Below, one piece after another: positions 33,176 to 43,698 of a stretch of 64,000 bases of DNA. The DNA lies in the NCBI GenBank assembly GCA_965224485.1, contig CBDCZH010000015.1, positions 128,001-192,000 of the forward strand, given 5' to 3'. Made by a program: the position numbers and the translations under genes. The notes under the pieces are model-generated. The model was not told where the DNA came from, did no database searches, and saw nothing but the letters and a program-made list of their open reading frames with translations. The stretch's first letter is position 1. The number at the start of each line of letters is the position of its first letter. This DNA is from Arcobacteraceae bacterium (GTDB taxonomy: Bacteria > Campylobacterota > Campylobacteria > Campylobacterales > Arcobacteraceae).

Positions 33176-35083
33176 ATGTTTGATAAATTTTTTAAAAAAT
33201 ATACAGAAACTGATTTATTAGAAGCTTTAAAAGATAAAGTATTTAAAGCATCAACAGCAGAAGGAATGTTAAAAAATGTTGATATTCAGTACAAAGATAG
33301 TACGAATAAAACTTTTTTACATATAGTTGTTGAACTAAATTTAGTAGAATCAACAAAGTGGTTAATCTCTCAAGGTGTAAAAATTAATGAAGTAGATATT
33401 CATGGAGATACAGCTTTAATGGTAGCAACCAAGAAAGCAGCAACTTCTTCTGTGCGAGTTTTATTAAGTAAAAAAGCAAATGCTAATATTCTTAATAATG
33501 AAGGACGACTAGCTATTCAAGAAGCTGCTAAAAATAATGCAATAACTATTTTTACTTTATTAAAACCTGTAACAAAAGACTTAAATAATAAAGATGACAA
33601 TGGTATATCACTAATCTATGATGCAATTGATAGTAAAAATATTGATATTGTAAAAAATGTATTAAAAACATTACAAAATAAAGTAGATAAAAATATATTT
33701 TTTTATGCAGGTACGTATAAAAATACAGAAATACTAAAATTTCTATCAGGGAATTTAGATTTAAATACCCAAGATGATAAAGGAAGAACACCTCTATTTT
33801 ATTTAGTTAAAAATGGAGCTTTAAGTTCAGAAGCATTTACTTATGCCCTAAGTAAAGGTGCCAATATCCATCATCTTGATCATAATAAAAATACTGTTTT
33901 GATGGCTTTAGTTCAAGAGATTCTAACAAAAAGTGAAGGGGAAAAGGCCAAAAATGATGCAATTCAAATTAAAAACTTAATTGATATGATTCCTTGGTTA
34001 ATAGAAGAAGAAATTGATTACAACTTATGTAATAGTGATGGTGATAATGTATTAATGCTAGCAACTAAACATAAGAATTTAGAAATTGTTGAAAACCTTC
34101 TTGAATTTGGAGTTGATCCTAATTATATAAACGAAAGAAATGAAACTGCCTTAGCCTTTGCTGCTATGAAGGGGCAATCAAATAGTAAAGTAATTTCTTT
34201 ACTCTTAGATTATGGCGCACGTCCTAATATTGCAGATGAAAATGCAAAAACCATAATAGAGAAACTTATTGATGCTGAACTATTTTTAAGAAATAATAAA
34301 AAACTTAAGATGAAATATAGAGAAGGTTTAGATGAACATGAAAACTATAAAAATGTTCTAGAAGAAGTTTTATTAAATGGAGAAGTAAATTTATCTATGC
34401 TTAACTCAGAAGAAAATCCCTATTTCTTCGATGCAGTATTACATGGAAACTTTAACCTAGTTAAAATGCTTGTAAAATATGGAGCTGATATAAATGTGAA
34501 AAATAAAGAAGGTTATAATATTGTTTATTATCTAATGGCAAAAAATATAACTTTTAGAAGAGTAATAGATCAGCAAAATTATTTAGTAATGTTAAGAAAT
34601 ATAATAGGACTAGGGGCTGATGTAAACTCAAGAGATGATTTTGGGGGAACAACACTACATAAGGCAATTTTAGATAATGATTTACAAACTATAAAAGTTT
34701 TATTAAATGCAGGGGCTGATATAAACGCGGTTGATAATAGAGGTAGAAATATGATTCATAATACCATGTGGCAAAACAAGGTAAAAATATTTAGACTTTT
34801 ATACTCATATAATAAGAAACTGATAAATCAAGCTGATAAATTTGGAGTTTTACCTATTAATTATGCTGCATTCTTAGGTTATGGGGAATTTGTAATAGAA
34901 TTAATTGATTCAGGTTCATATGTAAATAATCCATATAGAAAAACACCTTATATTTTTAACTTCTTAAAAAAATTTCATAAAAATATAAAACCGCTTTTAG
35001 AAAATACAAGAAATCCAGCAAATCAAAAAAAGATGAAAACTTTACTTAATAATATGATAAAAGAGTTTAGTGTAAAAATCTAG
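33176..35083 (+). CDS. Ankyrin repeat protein
   Basis: Multiple GxTxLH..A...LL..GADIN repeats. Confidence 0.9.
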   Translation: MFDKFFKKYTETDLLEALKDKVFKASTAEGMLKNVDIQYKDSTNKTFLHIVVELNLVESTKWLISQGVKINEVDIHGDTALMVATKKAATSSVRVLLSKKANANILNNEGRLAIQEAAKNNAITIFTLLKPVTKDLNNKDDNGISLIYDAIDSKNIDIVKNVLKTLQNKVDKNIFFYAGTYKNTEILKFLSGNLDLNTQDDKGRTPLFYLVKNGALSSEAFTYALSKGANIHHLDHNKNTVLMALVQEILTKSEGEKAKNDAIQIKNLIDMIPWLIEEEIDYNLCNSDGDNVLMLATKHKNLEIVENLLEFGVDPNYINERNETALAFAAMKGQSNSKVISLLLDYGARPNIADENAKTIIEKLIDAELFLRNNKKLKMKYREGLDEHENYKNVLEEVLLNGEVNLSMLNSEENPYFFDAVLHGNFNLVKMLVKYGADINVKNKEGYNIVYYLMAKNITFRRVIDQQNYLVMLRNIIGLGADVNSRDDFGGTTLHKAILDNDLQTIKVLLNAGADINAVDNRGRNMIHNTMWQNKVKIFRLLYSYNKKLINQADKFGVLPINYAAFLGYGEFVIELIDSGSYVNNPYRKTPYIFNFLKKFHKNIKPLLENTRNPANQKKMKTLLNNMIKEFSVKI

Positions 35084-35093
35084 TTTATATGTA

Positions 35094-35120
35094 AAAATCT
35101 ACTTTAAAAAAGTAGATTTT
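35094..35120. terminator. Bidirectional terminator between convergent genes
   Basis: AAAATCTACTT / AAGTAGATTTT inverted repeat. Confidence 0.7.
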
Positions 35121-35133
35121 AGTATATTCAATT

Positions 35134-36669
35134 TTACTTATTTTCTAAAAGATTTTTAGCAAAATCATATGCTTCTTTTGTAATATTCTCACCACTAATC
35201 ATTCTAGATATTTCATCAATCTGTCCTTCTTTATCTAAAAGTTTAATAGAAGATTTACCATCTTTTTTCTCAACTAAAAAGTGTTGATTACAATTTGCCG
35301 TAAGTTGGGGTTGATGGGAAATTGCAAAAATCTGGTATGATTTTGATAAGTCTTTTAAAACACTAGCAATTGCATCTGATTCTTTTCCACTTAAGTTTGC
35401 ATCTATTTCATCTAAAAAAAGTATTCCATTAGAAGTAATATCAAACTTTGTTATACTTGTTAATAAAGCAAGCCTTAGTCTATTGAACTCACCTGAACTT
35501 ATAGTATCTAAAGATACACCATCTAATAAAAACAATATTTTGTCTTCACCACTTAGGTCTAATTCTTTTTTCTCTAAAGTAATTTTTGCATTATTAAGAT
35601 ATAAAAATCTAAGATAATAATTTATTTTTTCTTCTAATAAAAGTAATGATTTCGCTCTTTTAACAGTAAGTTCTTCAGAAAGAATATAAATTTCACTTTC
35701 TAGTTTTGCTACTTTCTTTTCTAGCATAGATTTTGAAAAACTTATATTATCATAAGATAAAAGTTCTTCTTCTTTTTCTTTTTTATATTCTAAAGCTTTC
35801 TCTATACTTCCAAATCTTTTTTGTAAACTTGAAAGTTTTTCAATTCTGTCTAAAACATTTTCAATGTCTAAATCTTCTAGTTCATATAAAGAATCATTAA
35901 ACTCTTCAAAAGAGTTATTTACTTCATTCATTATTTCATCAAAAGAAGAAGAGTCTTTATTCATAAGAGATAAGACCTTTGAAACTTTTGAGCTGTAGTC
36001 AAAAATTCCCTTAGCCTCAGACATTGCTTCTTCTACCTTATCTTTTAAACTAAGTGTTTTTTTAATATTATTAAGCTCTTCATATTCATCAATTTTTGGA
36101 TTTAGTGAAGATATCTTTTGGATTTCATAACTTGCAAATTCTTTTAATTCTTCAAGTTTACTCTCATCATCATTTATCTTTTTAAGCTCATTTTTACTAA
36201 GTTGTAAACTCTTGTAAGACTCATGATATGAAGATTTTAAGCTTATAAATTTTTTATCATTTTTAGAAGCTAGTTTATCAAGAAAATCTATTAATTTTGA
36301 ACTATCAAAATCAGAATCGTCTTTTAAGTGAAGATGCTTAACTAAAGAAGAGCAAAAAGAGTGTAAGTTTTTTTTAGATAAACTTTGAGCGTTTAAAAAA
36401 TATCTAACTTTTTCTTTTTTAATCTCTTTAATTACAATTTCATCACCTTCTTCAATATTATATAGTTCATTTTCATAATTTTTATTTTCTATAACAGTTT
36501 CACTAAGGGCTGCTTTTGCTTCTTTGATACCAAATAAGGCTAAAAAAGAGTCCATAAGAATTGATTTTCCAGCACCAGAAGGTCCTGTAAAAACGATGAG
36601 TCCTTTTTCAAACTGTAAATCAACTTCATCAAAACACAAATAATCTTTTAAATAAAATCTACTAATCAA
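35134..36669 (-). CDS. recN: DNA repair protein RecN
   Basis: TGPSGAGKS, SSGEFNR, LDEIDANLSG, ISHQPQ; follows NAD kinase. Confidence 0.9.
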   Translation of the reverse strand: MISRFYLKDYLCFDEVDLQFEKGLIVFTGPSGAGKSILMDSFLALFGIKEAKAALSETVIENKNYENELYNIEEGDEIVIKEIKKEKVRYFLNAQSLSKKNLHSFCSSLVKHLHLKDDSDFDSSKLIDFLDKLASKNDKKFISLKSSYHESYKSLQLSKNELKKINDDESKLEELKEFASYEIQKISSLNPKIDEYEELNNIKKTLSLKDKVEEAMSEAKGIFDYSSKVSKVLSLMNKDSSSFDEIMNEVNNSFEEFNDSLYELEDLDIENVLDRIEKLSSLQKRFGSIEKALEYKKEKEEELLSYDNISFSKSMLEKKVAKLESEIYILSEELTVKRAKSLLLLEEKINYYLRFLYLNNAKITLEKKELDLSGEDKILFLLDGVSLDTISSGEFNRLRLALLTSITKFDITSNGILFLDEIDANLSGKESDAIASVLKDLSKSYQIFAISHQPQLTANCNQHFLVEKKDGKSSIKLLDKEGQIDEISRMISGENITKEAYDFAKNLLENK

Positions 36670-37536
36670 TTAATTTCCCCATTGTAGTTTTTCGCTTAAT
36701 ACTTTAAAATAATTTCTCTCAATTCTATGTATTAATTTTGCTTTCTTTAATTCTATCTCAATTTTAATACTATCATCTTTTTTTACTTCATAAATATCTT
36801 GTCCATCAATAATCACAATTGCCCCTTGTGCATCACATACTGTAAACTCAATTTTGAAATCTGCTGGTAAAACAAGAGGTCTTTGAGTTAAACTGTGAGG
36901 GGCAATTGGAGTTACTATAAAAGCTTCTGTTAAAGGATAAACAACAGGACCTCCAACAGAAAGGTTATATGCAGTTGCACCAGTTGGACTTGAGATTATT
37001 ACCCCATCCCCATAATATGAGTTAAAAGGAATCCCATCAATTTTTGCTTCTATTCTAATCATAGAAGAAATATTTTTCTTTGAAATAACAATATCATTGA
37101 AGGCTACAAAATTTTGTAAACTAGCAGAACCTTTTATCATCATTCTTGAATCAATTCTGTATTTATCATTTTTTAGTGAATGTAAAAAGCTTTCAACTTC
37201 ATCAAAAGCTATATCTGTTAAAAAACCTAAAGTTCCAAGATTTATTCCTAAAACAGGTTTATTAAAAGAAAAAGAACGTCTTACTACAGAGATTAAGGTT
37301 CCATCTCCACCAATAGAAACTAAGAAATCAACCTCTTTACAGAGTTTTTCTAATGAAACACCCTCTTCTTCTATCAGAGAGGCACTCTTAGCTTCTAATA
37401 AAACTTCTATTCCAGCGTTTAAGAAATGTTTTTTTATAATTTTAAATTCTTTTTTAATATGCGAAGCATTTGGTTTTAAAACAAAACCAGCTTTTTTAAT
37501 AGAAGATAATTTTTCACTATTTTTAGTAATTTTCAT
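36670..37536 (-). CDS. nadK: NAD kinase
   Basis: GGDGT, GTLGFL, SPTGATAYNLSVGGP. Confidence 0.95.
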   Translation of the reverse strand: MKITKNSEKLSSIKKAGFVLKPNASHIKKEFKIIKKHFLNAGIEVLLEAKSASLIEEEGVSLEKLCKEVDFLVSIGGDGTLISVVRRSFSFNKPVLGINLGTLGFLTDIAFDEVESFLHSLKNDKYRIDSRMMIKGSASLQNFVAFNDIVISKKNISSMIRIEAKIDGIPFNSYYGDGVIISSPTGATAYNLSVGGPVVYPLTEAFIVTPIAPHSLTQRPLVLPADFKIEFTVCDAQGAIVIIDGQDIYEVKKDDSIKIEIELKKAKLIHRIERNYFKVLSEKLQWGN

Positions 37537-37567
37537 AAAAAGATTATATCTAATTTATCTTTTATTT

Positions 37568-38908
37568 CTATCTTTCATGTAAAGCATCTTGTTTTGTTTT
37601 TAAAATAGGTTTTAATAAAAAATCTAAAATAGTTTTTTGTCCTGTTATTATATCAACTGAAGCAATCATTCCTGGAATAATAGGAAGTTTAACTCCATTT
37701 CGTTCTAAATAGTTTTTATTTGTTTTAACTAAAACTCTATAATATGATTTTTGGTTTTTATCATCTTTATCTTTAATACTATCAGCTGATATTTCTGTAA
37801 TTTTTGCTTCTAATCCACCATAAATAGAAAAATCGTAAGCTGTTATTTTTACTATTGCTTTTAAATTAGGACTTATAAAAGCTATATCTTTAGGGTCAAT
37901 TTTTGCTTCAACTACTAAAATATCACTTTGGGGAACGATTACAATTAAATCCATTCCAGATTTTATAACACCCCCAATAGTATTAATATTAATTTGTTTA
38001 ATAATTCCGTTAACAGGTGATTTAACAACAGTTTTATCTAATTTGTCTTCTTCTGAGATTAAAATTGATTCATATTTTTTAAGTTCAGTGTTTAGTGTTT
38101 CTAACTGATTTAAAGCTTCACTTTTAAAACTTTTAATCTTTTCAGTTATTCTGTTTTTCGCTTCATCAACAGCATATCTAGCTTTTGGAATTGCATATTT
38201 AGTTACTTGCTGTTCTCCTACAATAGTATTCAACTCTTTTTTAATTGATAATAAATCAAACTTTGATTTAGAACCAGTTTTAATAAGTTTTTTAATTGTA
38301 CTCATCTCTTCTTTAACAATTGCAACTGTTTTGTCTAACTGTTTTTTTTGTGATTTTAAACTAACTATTTCTTGAATACTTTGACCTAATTGTGTTTCTA
38401 AAATAGTTAAAGCACTTTTATACTCAGCAATACGAATATTAAAAAGAGCATTTTGTTCTTTTATTAAATAAGGAGCACCCTCAATTACTTTTTTAGGAAA
38501 AACTAATTTTTCTGCCTTATATTTAATATTTAGTTCATACTCAGCATCTAATCTTGTTTTTTTAGCAAGAAGAGAGAACATAAACTCTTTATTTTCATCT
38601 AAAGAAGCTTTAAACCTTGTAGTATCAATTTTCATTAAAGGCTGTCCTTTTTTTACAAAAGAACCCTCTTTAACTAATATTTGGGATACTATTCCACCAT
38701 CTAAACTTTGAATTGTTTGAAGTTTTTCAGAAGGTATAACTTTCCCTTGTCCACGTGCTAGTTCATCAATATTAGACAAACTTGCCCAAATAATTGCAAG
38801 TGAAAAAAAAGCAACTATTGTAAATAATAAATAGTCCATCTTTTTATTAGATGTAATATTCATCTGTGCTTCTAAAGAATGTACAAAATCAATATCTTCT
38901 TGTGCCAT
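37568..38908 (-). CDS. HlyD-family type I secretion adaptor
   Basis: GKVIPS..QTIQSLDGGIV; SPVNG; PGMIASVDI. Confidence 0.93.
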   Translation of the reverse strand: MAQEDIDFVHSLEAQMNITSNKKMDYLLFTIVAFFSLAIIWASLSNIDELARGQGKVIPSEKLQTIQSLDGGIVSQILVKEGSFVKKGQPLMKIDTTRFKASLDENKEFMFSLLAKKTRLDAEYELNIKYKAEKLVFPKKVIEGAPYLIKEQNALFNIRIAEYKSALTILETQLGQSIQEIVSLKSQKKQLDKTVAIVKEEMSTIKKLIKTGSKSKFDLLSIKKELNTIVGEQQVTKYAIPKARYAVDEAKNRITEKIKSFKSEALNQLETLNTELKKYESILISEEDKLDKTVVKSPVNGIIKQININTIGGVIKSGMDLIVIVPQSDILVVEAKIDPKDIAFISPNLKAIVKITAYDFSIYGGLEAKITEISADSIKDKDDKNQKSYYRVLVKTNKNYLERNGVKLPIIPGMIASVDIITGQKTILDFLLKPILKTKQDALHER

Positions 38909-38918
38909 ATTAATCCTC

Positions 38919-41111
38919 TTATTTCGTATTTGCTTTTAAAGATAAAGCATGAAGAACTTCTTCTTTAGGGCCATCTGCTATGATTTTTCCATCATCCATA
39001 ACAATAAGTCTGTCAACAAGAGATAAAATAGATGGTCTATGGGTTACTAAAATTAATGTTTTATCTTTTACTATGTTTTTAACTCTTCGCTTAAATACCT
39101 CTTCTGTTTGCCCATCCATAGAGTTTGTTGGTTCATCCATAATTAAGATATTTGGATTTGTTAAAATAGCACGCGCAAGAGTAACTGATTGTCTCTCACC
39201 TCCACTTAAACCTTCACCTCTCTCACCTACAATTAAATCATATCCAGCTTCATGTTTACCTAAAAAATCATGTACTCCTGCTACTTTAGCAGCAGCTAAA
39301 ATATCTTCATCATTTGCATTATACTCACCAATAGAAATATTATCTTTAATGCTGCCCATAAACAAAAATGGCTCCTGAGGAACACAACCTATTGATCTTC
39401 TTAAATCAACAGGATCAATTTGCCTTATATCAGTTTTGTCAATTAATACTGAACCTTTTTGAGGTTCATATAAATTCATTATAAGTTTCCATAAAGTTGA
39501 TTTTCCTGAACCAATTTTACCTATAATTCCAATTTTTTCACCTTGTTTAATTTTTATATTAATATTTTTTAATACATCAAATTTTTGATCTTTATAAGAA
39601 AAACTAATATCTTTAAATTCAATATCACCATTTAAATCACTTCTTGATAAATAATCTCTATCATCATCTCTCTCAACACTCATATTCATAATTTCATCAA
39701 TGTTTTTTAAGCTTAACATTGTTTTATCAAATCTGATAATCATTCCAACTATTTGAGATACTGGTGCAATTACACGACCATTTAACATCATAGCTGCAAT
39801 AATTGCTCCCATTGTCATTTCACCTTCACTTGCTAAATAAACACCCATTATTACAATAGCAATATTTGAAAATTGAGATATGAAGGCTGTAAAAAAAGTA
39901 ACTATTTGAGATAAAAAATGAGATTTTTTTCCATATTTGGTAGTTTTCTCAACAGAGTTTTCCCAGTGAGACTTCATTCTATTTTGAGCTCTAACACTTT
40001 TAATAATTTCTAAACCAGATACAGACTCGGTTAAAATAGTTTGTTTTATTTGCTCTTCTTTTGCACTTTTTTCAACCGCATCTTTTATTGGTTTTTGCAT
40101 AAAATAAGAAAAACCAAAAGCTATTAGTACTGTAAATATTGAGATATACCCAACAGCTCCACCTATATAAAAAATTATAATTATAAATAAAATAATAAAT
40201 GGTAAATCAACAATAGAAGCAATAGTAGCAGATGTAAAAAATTCTCTTACACTTTCAAAAGATTGTAAGCGTGAAACAAACTGACCAGTTGAAGCTGGTT
40301 TTTGATCAAGTCTTATATTCATTAATTGGTTAAAAATTTTGCTTGACATTATAAGATCAGCCCTTTTTCCAGCCATTTCTATAAAAGAAGCCCTCAAAAG
40401 TTTTAAAATAAAATCAAAAATCATAACAAGTAAAATTCCAAAAGATAGAACCCATAAGGTTGAGAGCGCATTATTTGGCAAGACCCTATCATAAACATTC
40501 ATGGTAAAAATTGGAGTAGCTAATAAAAACATATTTATTAATAAAGCAGCAAGAATAACTCTTTTATAAATTACCTTATTACTCTTCATTGTTCCCCAAA
40601 ACCAATCTCTTGCATGACCTAGTTTAATATCTTTTTTTATTCTATTTTCAAAATTATAGTTTGGTTTAATTACTAACATAAAAGATGTGTAAAGTTTATT
40701 TAAATCATTTATAGAAATAATTGTTTCGCCTAATGATAAATTAGGCATAATTACCTTAGCTTCATGAGAAGAATAATTAATATCTAATAAAATGCAAGCT
40801 TCATTATTCTGCAAAATCAAAACAGAAGGAAGTGCTTCATTTGAAATATCTTGAATATCTCTTTTTACAGAATTAACATTTAAAGATATTTTACTTGCAG
40901 ATTCTATAAACATTTTAGGAGTCATAATAGAGTTATACATTGCTAAACTTGAGATAAAAGATTCAACACTAGCTCTTCTGTCATAATATTTAGATAAAAA
41001 CACTAAACACTCTAATAAATTATCTACTTTTGTTTTTTTGCTTATTTCTTCAAGATCTTTTGTATTTTGGTTTTTAAAATCATTACTTATTTCTGCCAAA
41101 ACTTTCTCCAC
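38919..41111 (-). CDS. Type I secretion ABC permease/ATPase (LapB/LssB-like)
   Basis: MNVYDRVLP, GKIGSGKST, LSGGERQ, MDEPT. Confidence 0.93.
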   Translation of the reverse strand: MEKVLAEISNDFKNQNTKDLEEISKKTKVDNLLECLVFLSKYYDRRASVESFISSLAMYNSIMTPKMFIESASKISLNVNSVKRDIQDISNEALPSVLILQNNEACILLDINYSSHEAKVIMPNLSLGETIISINDLNKLYTSFMLVIKPNYNFENRIKKDIKLGHARDWFWGTMKSNKVIYKRVILAALLINMFLLATPIFTMNVYDRVLPNNALSTLWVLSFGILLVMIFDFILKLLRASFIEMAGKRADLIMSSKIFNQLMNIRLDQKPASTGQFVSRLQSFESVREFFTSATIASIVDLPFIILFIIIIFYIGGAVGYISIFTVLIAFGFSYFMQKPIKDAVEKSAKEEQIKQTILTESVSGLEIIKSVRAQNRMKSHWENSVEKTTKYGKKSHFLSQIVTFFTAFISQFSNIAIVIMGVYLASEGEMTMGAIIAAMMLNGRVIAPVSQIVGMIIRFDKTMLSLKNIDEIMNMSVERDDDRDYLSRSDLNGDIEFKDISFSYKDQKFDVLKNINIKIKQGEKIGIIGKIGSGKSTLWKLIMNLYEPQKGSVLIDKTDIRQIDPVDLRRSIGCVPQEPFLFMGSIKDNISIGEYNANDEDILAAAKVAGVHDFLGKHEAGYDLIVGERGEGLSGGERQSVTLARAILTNPNILIMDEPTNSMDGQTEEVFKRRVKNIVKDKTLILVTHRPSILSLVDRLIVMDDGKIIADGPKEEVLHALSLKANTK

Positions 41112-41132
41112 TTTTAATATTTAGAGTACATT

Positions 41133-42944
41133 TTAATCATTATTTATTAAACTAACATAAGGCTTGTTTTTTTGTAAACTTTTAGGTAGATTTTTTATAT
41201 CAGTAAATGCTTCAAGGTAGGTATCATAAGAACCATATGCTATTTTGGTTAGTCTTTTATTTTTAGATGAAAAAGTATGTTTTAATATATCATCATCTAA
41301 ACTATATTGTTTTTTTAATCTTGTTAAACTTTTTTTAACATCAGAACTTTGTAATAAAGTTATAGTATAACGTTTACTAATTTTAAAAGAAGCATTTATT
41401 TTATTTGAATTATCTTTTTTATTTATTAAGTTGTCTTTAACTTTAGGTTTAATCTTTTTTGTATAATCATCACTTTCATATACTTCATCTAATAAATCGC
41501 TAAGCATATTATCTATCTCTTTTTTATTCTCTTTTTTTGTATTTTCTTTTTTATTTTTTTCTAGTGGTTCTTCGTTCAATAAGTTATTTATTTCATCTTC
41601 TTCACTTTGCTTGTCATTTATAATACTAAGATCAGCACTAATTGTTTTACAAATTTGTGAAGCAGAAGAGAAAACAGTTTCACTTAAATTTGAAGTTATA
41701 TTAAGAAGTTTATAATACGCCATTAAATTAACATATTCTTCTTCTATTAAATCTTTTTTTGCCTTATTTAAAGTAGCTTGTGAAGAAAGTACTTCTAAGA
41801 ATGTTTTCGTTCCACCTTCAAATTGTTCTTGTGTTATTAATAAAATATCTTTTAAAAGAACAACATATTTTTTTAAATACTTAATTCTTTCTACTGAACT
41901 ATCTAAAATTGTTTTTTCACTATTTAACTCTTTACTTACACTTCGTACTTTATTATCTAAAGTTTTTTGAGCTTCAAACAAAAACTTTTTCTCTTTTAAG
42001 TAGGAACTTCTATCTTTTAAACCATTAAATAAATTATATGATAATGTGATTCTTGCACTTGTTTCTTCTTTATAAAAACCTTGGGCATCAAGATCATCAT
42101 CATACTCTTTTTGGATTTTTGCTTTTATTGTAGGTAAAAAATTTGCACGTTTTTGATTTATTAAATCTCGTTGGGCTTTTATTCTTTCTAACTCTGCTAA
42201 AATCGCATAATTAGAGCTCAAAGCTTTTGCTAGTAGAATTTTTTTAGACTTCAAATCTTTGATATTTATAAGTGGTCTACAAATTAATGAGCTATTACTT
42301 AAGCCAGAAAGTTTTAAAAGTGTTTCATACTTAGAATCAGCATCTCTTTTTTCTTTAATAAATTTAGCCTTAGAATCTACAAGTTTTGATTCAACTTGTA
42401 ATCTATCAAGTTTTTCTCCACTTACTTTTTCACTTTCAACTGCAATCTCAAAGTACCTTTCATGTATTTCTATATTATTTTTACTTAAAAGTGAAAACTC
42501 TTTAAATTTTACAGAATCTAAATAAGCTTCAATCGTATCAAATAATAAATTTTCTACTTGAGCAATATTCTTTATTTTATTTTCATTATAATTATGTTTT
42601 GCTTCTTTAACTTTAGAAGGTGTATCCCAACCATCAAAAATCATTTGCTCATATTTTATTATTGCATTATAACCATTTTGTTTTTTTTCAGTATTTGTTT
42701 TTCTTATGAGATTTTCATTCATACTATTTTTATTTTCTAAATAATAATCAATACTAATCTTCGGTAAATACGAGCTAAAGGCCTCATCTATATAATATTT
42801 ATAAGCATCAGTATTACTTCTTAAGGCTTTGATTTCAGGATTTGTACTAAGAGTATTCTTTAGGGTCTCTTTTAAAGGAAGAGAATAAAGATTTTGTATA
42901 CTTATAATTAAGAATAAACATATTACTATATTTTTTGTTTTCAT
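41133..42944 (-). CDS. TolC-family outer membrane protein with C-terminal extension
   Basis: Signal peptide; two OEP repeats (SSYLPKI, ANFLPTI, YNLFNG); tail KIAYGSY...LPKSL. Confidence 0.85.
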   Translation of the reverse strand: MKTKNIVICLFLIISIQNLYSLPLKETLKNTLSTNPEIKALRSNTDAYKYYIDEAFSSYLPKISIDYYLENKNSMNENLIRKTNTEKKQNGYNAIIKYEQMIFDGWDTPSKVKEAKHNYNENKIKNIAQVENLLFDTIEAYLDSVKFKEFSLLSKNNIEIHERYFEIAVESEKVSGEKLDRLQVESKLVDSKAKFIKEKRDADSKYETLLKLSGLSNSSLICRPLINIKDLKSKKILLAKALSSNYAILAELERIKAQRDLINQKRANFLPTIKAKIQKEYDDDLDAQGFYKEETSARITLSYNLFNGLKDRSSYLKEKKFLFEAQKTLDNKVRSVSKELNSEKTILDSSVERIKYLKKYVVLLKDILLITQEQFEGGTKTFLEVLSSQATLNKAKKDLIEEEYVNLMAYYKLLNITSNLSETVFSSASQICKTISADLSIINDKQSEEDEINNLLNEEPLEKNKKENTKKENKKEIDNMLSDLLDEVYESDDYTKKIKPKVKDNLINKKDNSNKINASFKISKRYTITLLQSSDVKKSLTRLKKQYSLDDDILKHTFSSKNKRLTKIAYGSYDTYLEAFTDIKNLPKSLQKNKPYVSLINND

Positions 42945-43392
42945 AAAAATCTTTTATTTTATTTTAATCTTTAAATTGAGCGTAGTCTATCATAATATTT
43001 ATTAAAAAATTAATATTATATAATTTTTTCAAAATATATAGTTTTATTATTATTAATGATAATAATTAATTATTTTATTATTATTAATTATTTTATTCTC
43101 TACATAAACCTTTTTAAGGCTTTTCTGATTTCTTAAAATTTTATTTAATTTTTATAGAATAATTACATCATTACTAAGTTTATTTTATTATAATTTTTAT
43201 GGATTTTTATTTAGTCTTTTTTTATTACAAATGCTTTGATTAATTTAGTAATTATTACTACTTACTTGATATAAGTGTTTTTTAATATTATTAAATTTAT
43301 TTTGGGGTTTTTGGGGAGTTTTGTTTATTTTATTTGGATTTATTAAGAGGGAATTATAAAGTACAAATATAAGAGAAGTGACTTTGTCACTC

Positions 43393-43692
43393 TTTTTTAT
43401 TGCATAAAAAAAAGGGACGTGCCGAAAGCACATCCCTTTTGTTCTATACGGACCTTTCGATGTAAGACGAAATTAAAATTTCTATTACATAGACGAAAGC
43501 TCGTTAAAACTTAAAAGAGTGAAATTATTCACTCTTTTTATCATTTTTTATTGCATAAAAAAAGGGACATGCCGAAAGCACATCCCTTTTGTTCTATACG
43601 GACCTTTCGATGTAATTACGAAATTAAAATTTCTATTACATAGACGAAAGCTCGTTAAAACTTAAAAGAGTGAAATTATTCACTCTTTTTAT
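43393..43692 (-). repeat. Tandem duplication (2 x 149 bp) of a structured non-coding unit
   Basis: 43393-43541 and 43544-43692 differ at three positions; each has a long hairpin and two terminator-like hairpins. Confidence 0.9.
43664..43690 (-). terminator. Terminator after fusA
   Basis: AAAAGAGTGAA / TTCACTCTTTT hairpin just past the fusA stop. Confidence 0.75.
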
Positions 43693-43698
43693 ACAGTT

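Noticed and set aside
43052..43070. Fur box upstream of tolC (ATTAATGATAATAATTAAT)
   Set aside because: 14/19 match inside an extremely AT-rich tract; plausible by chance
43393..43692. CRISPR array, or small peptide MPKAHPFCSIRTFRC... on the plus strand
   Set aside because: Whole units repeat with no unique spacers; the peptide frame differs between copies
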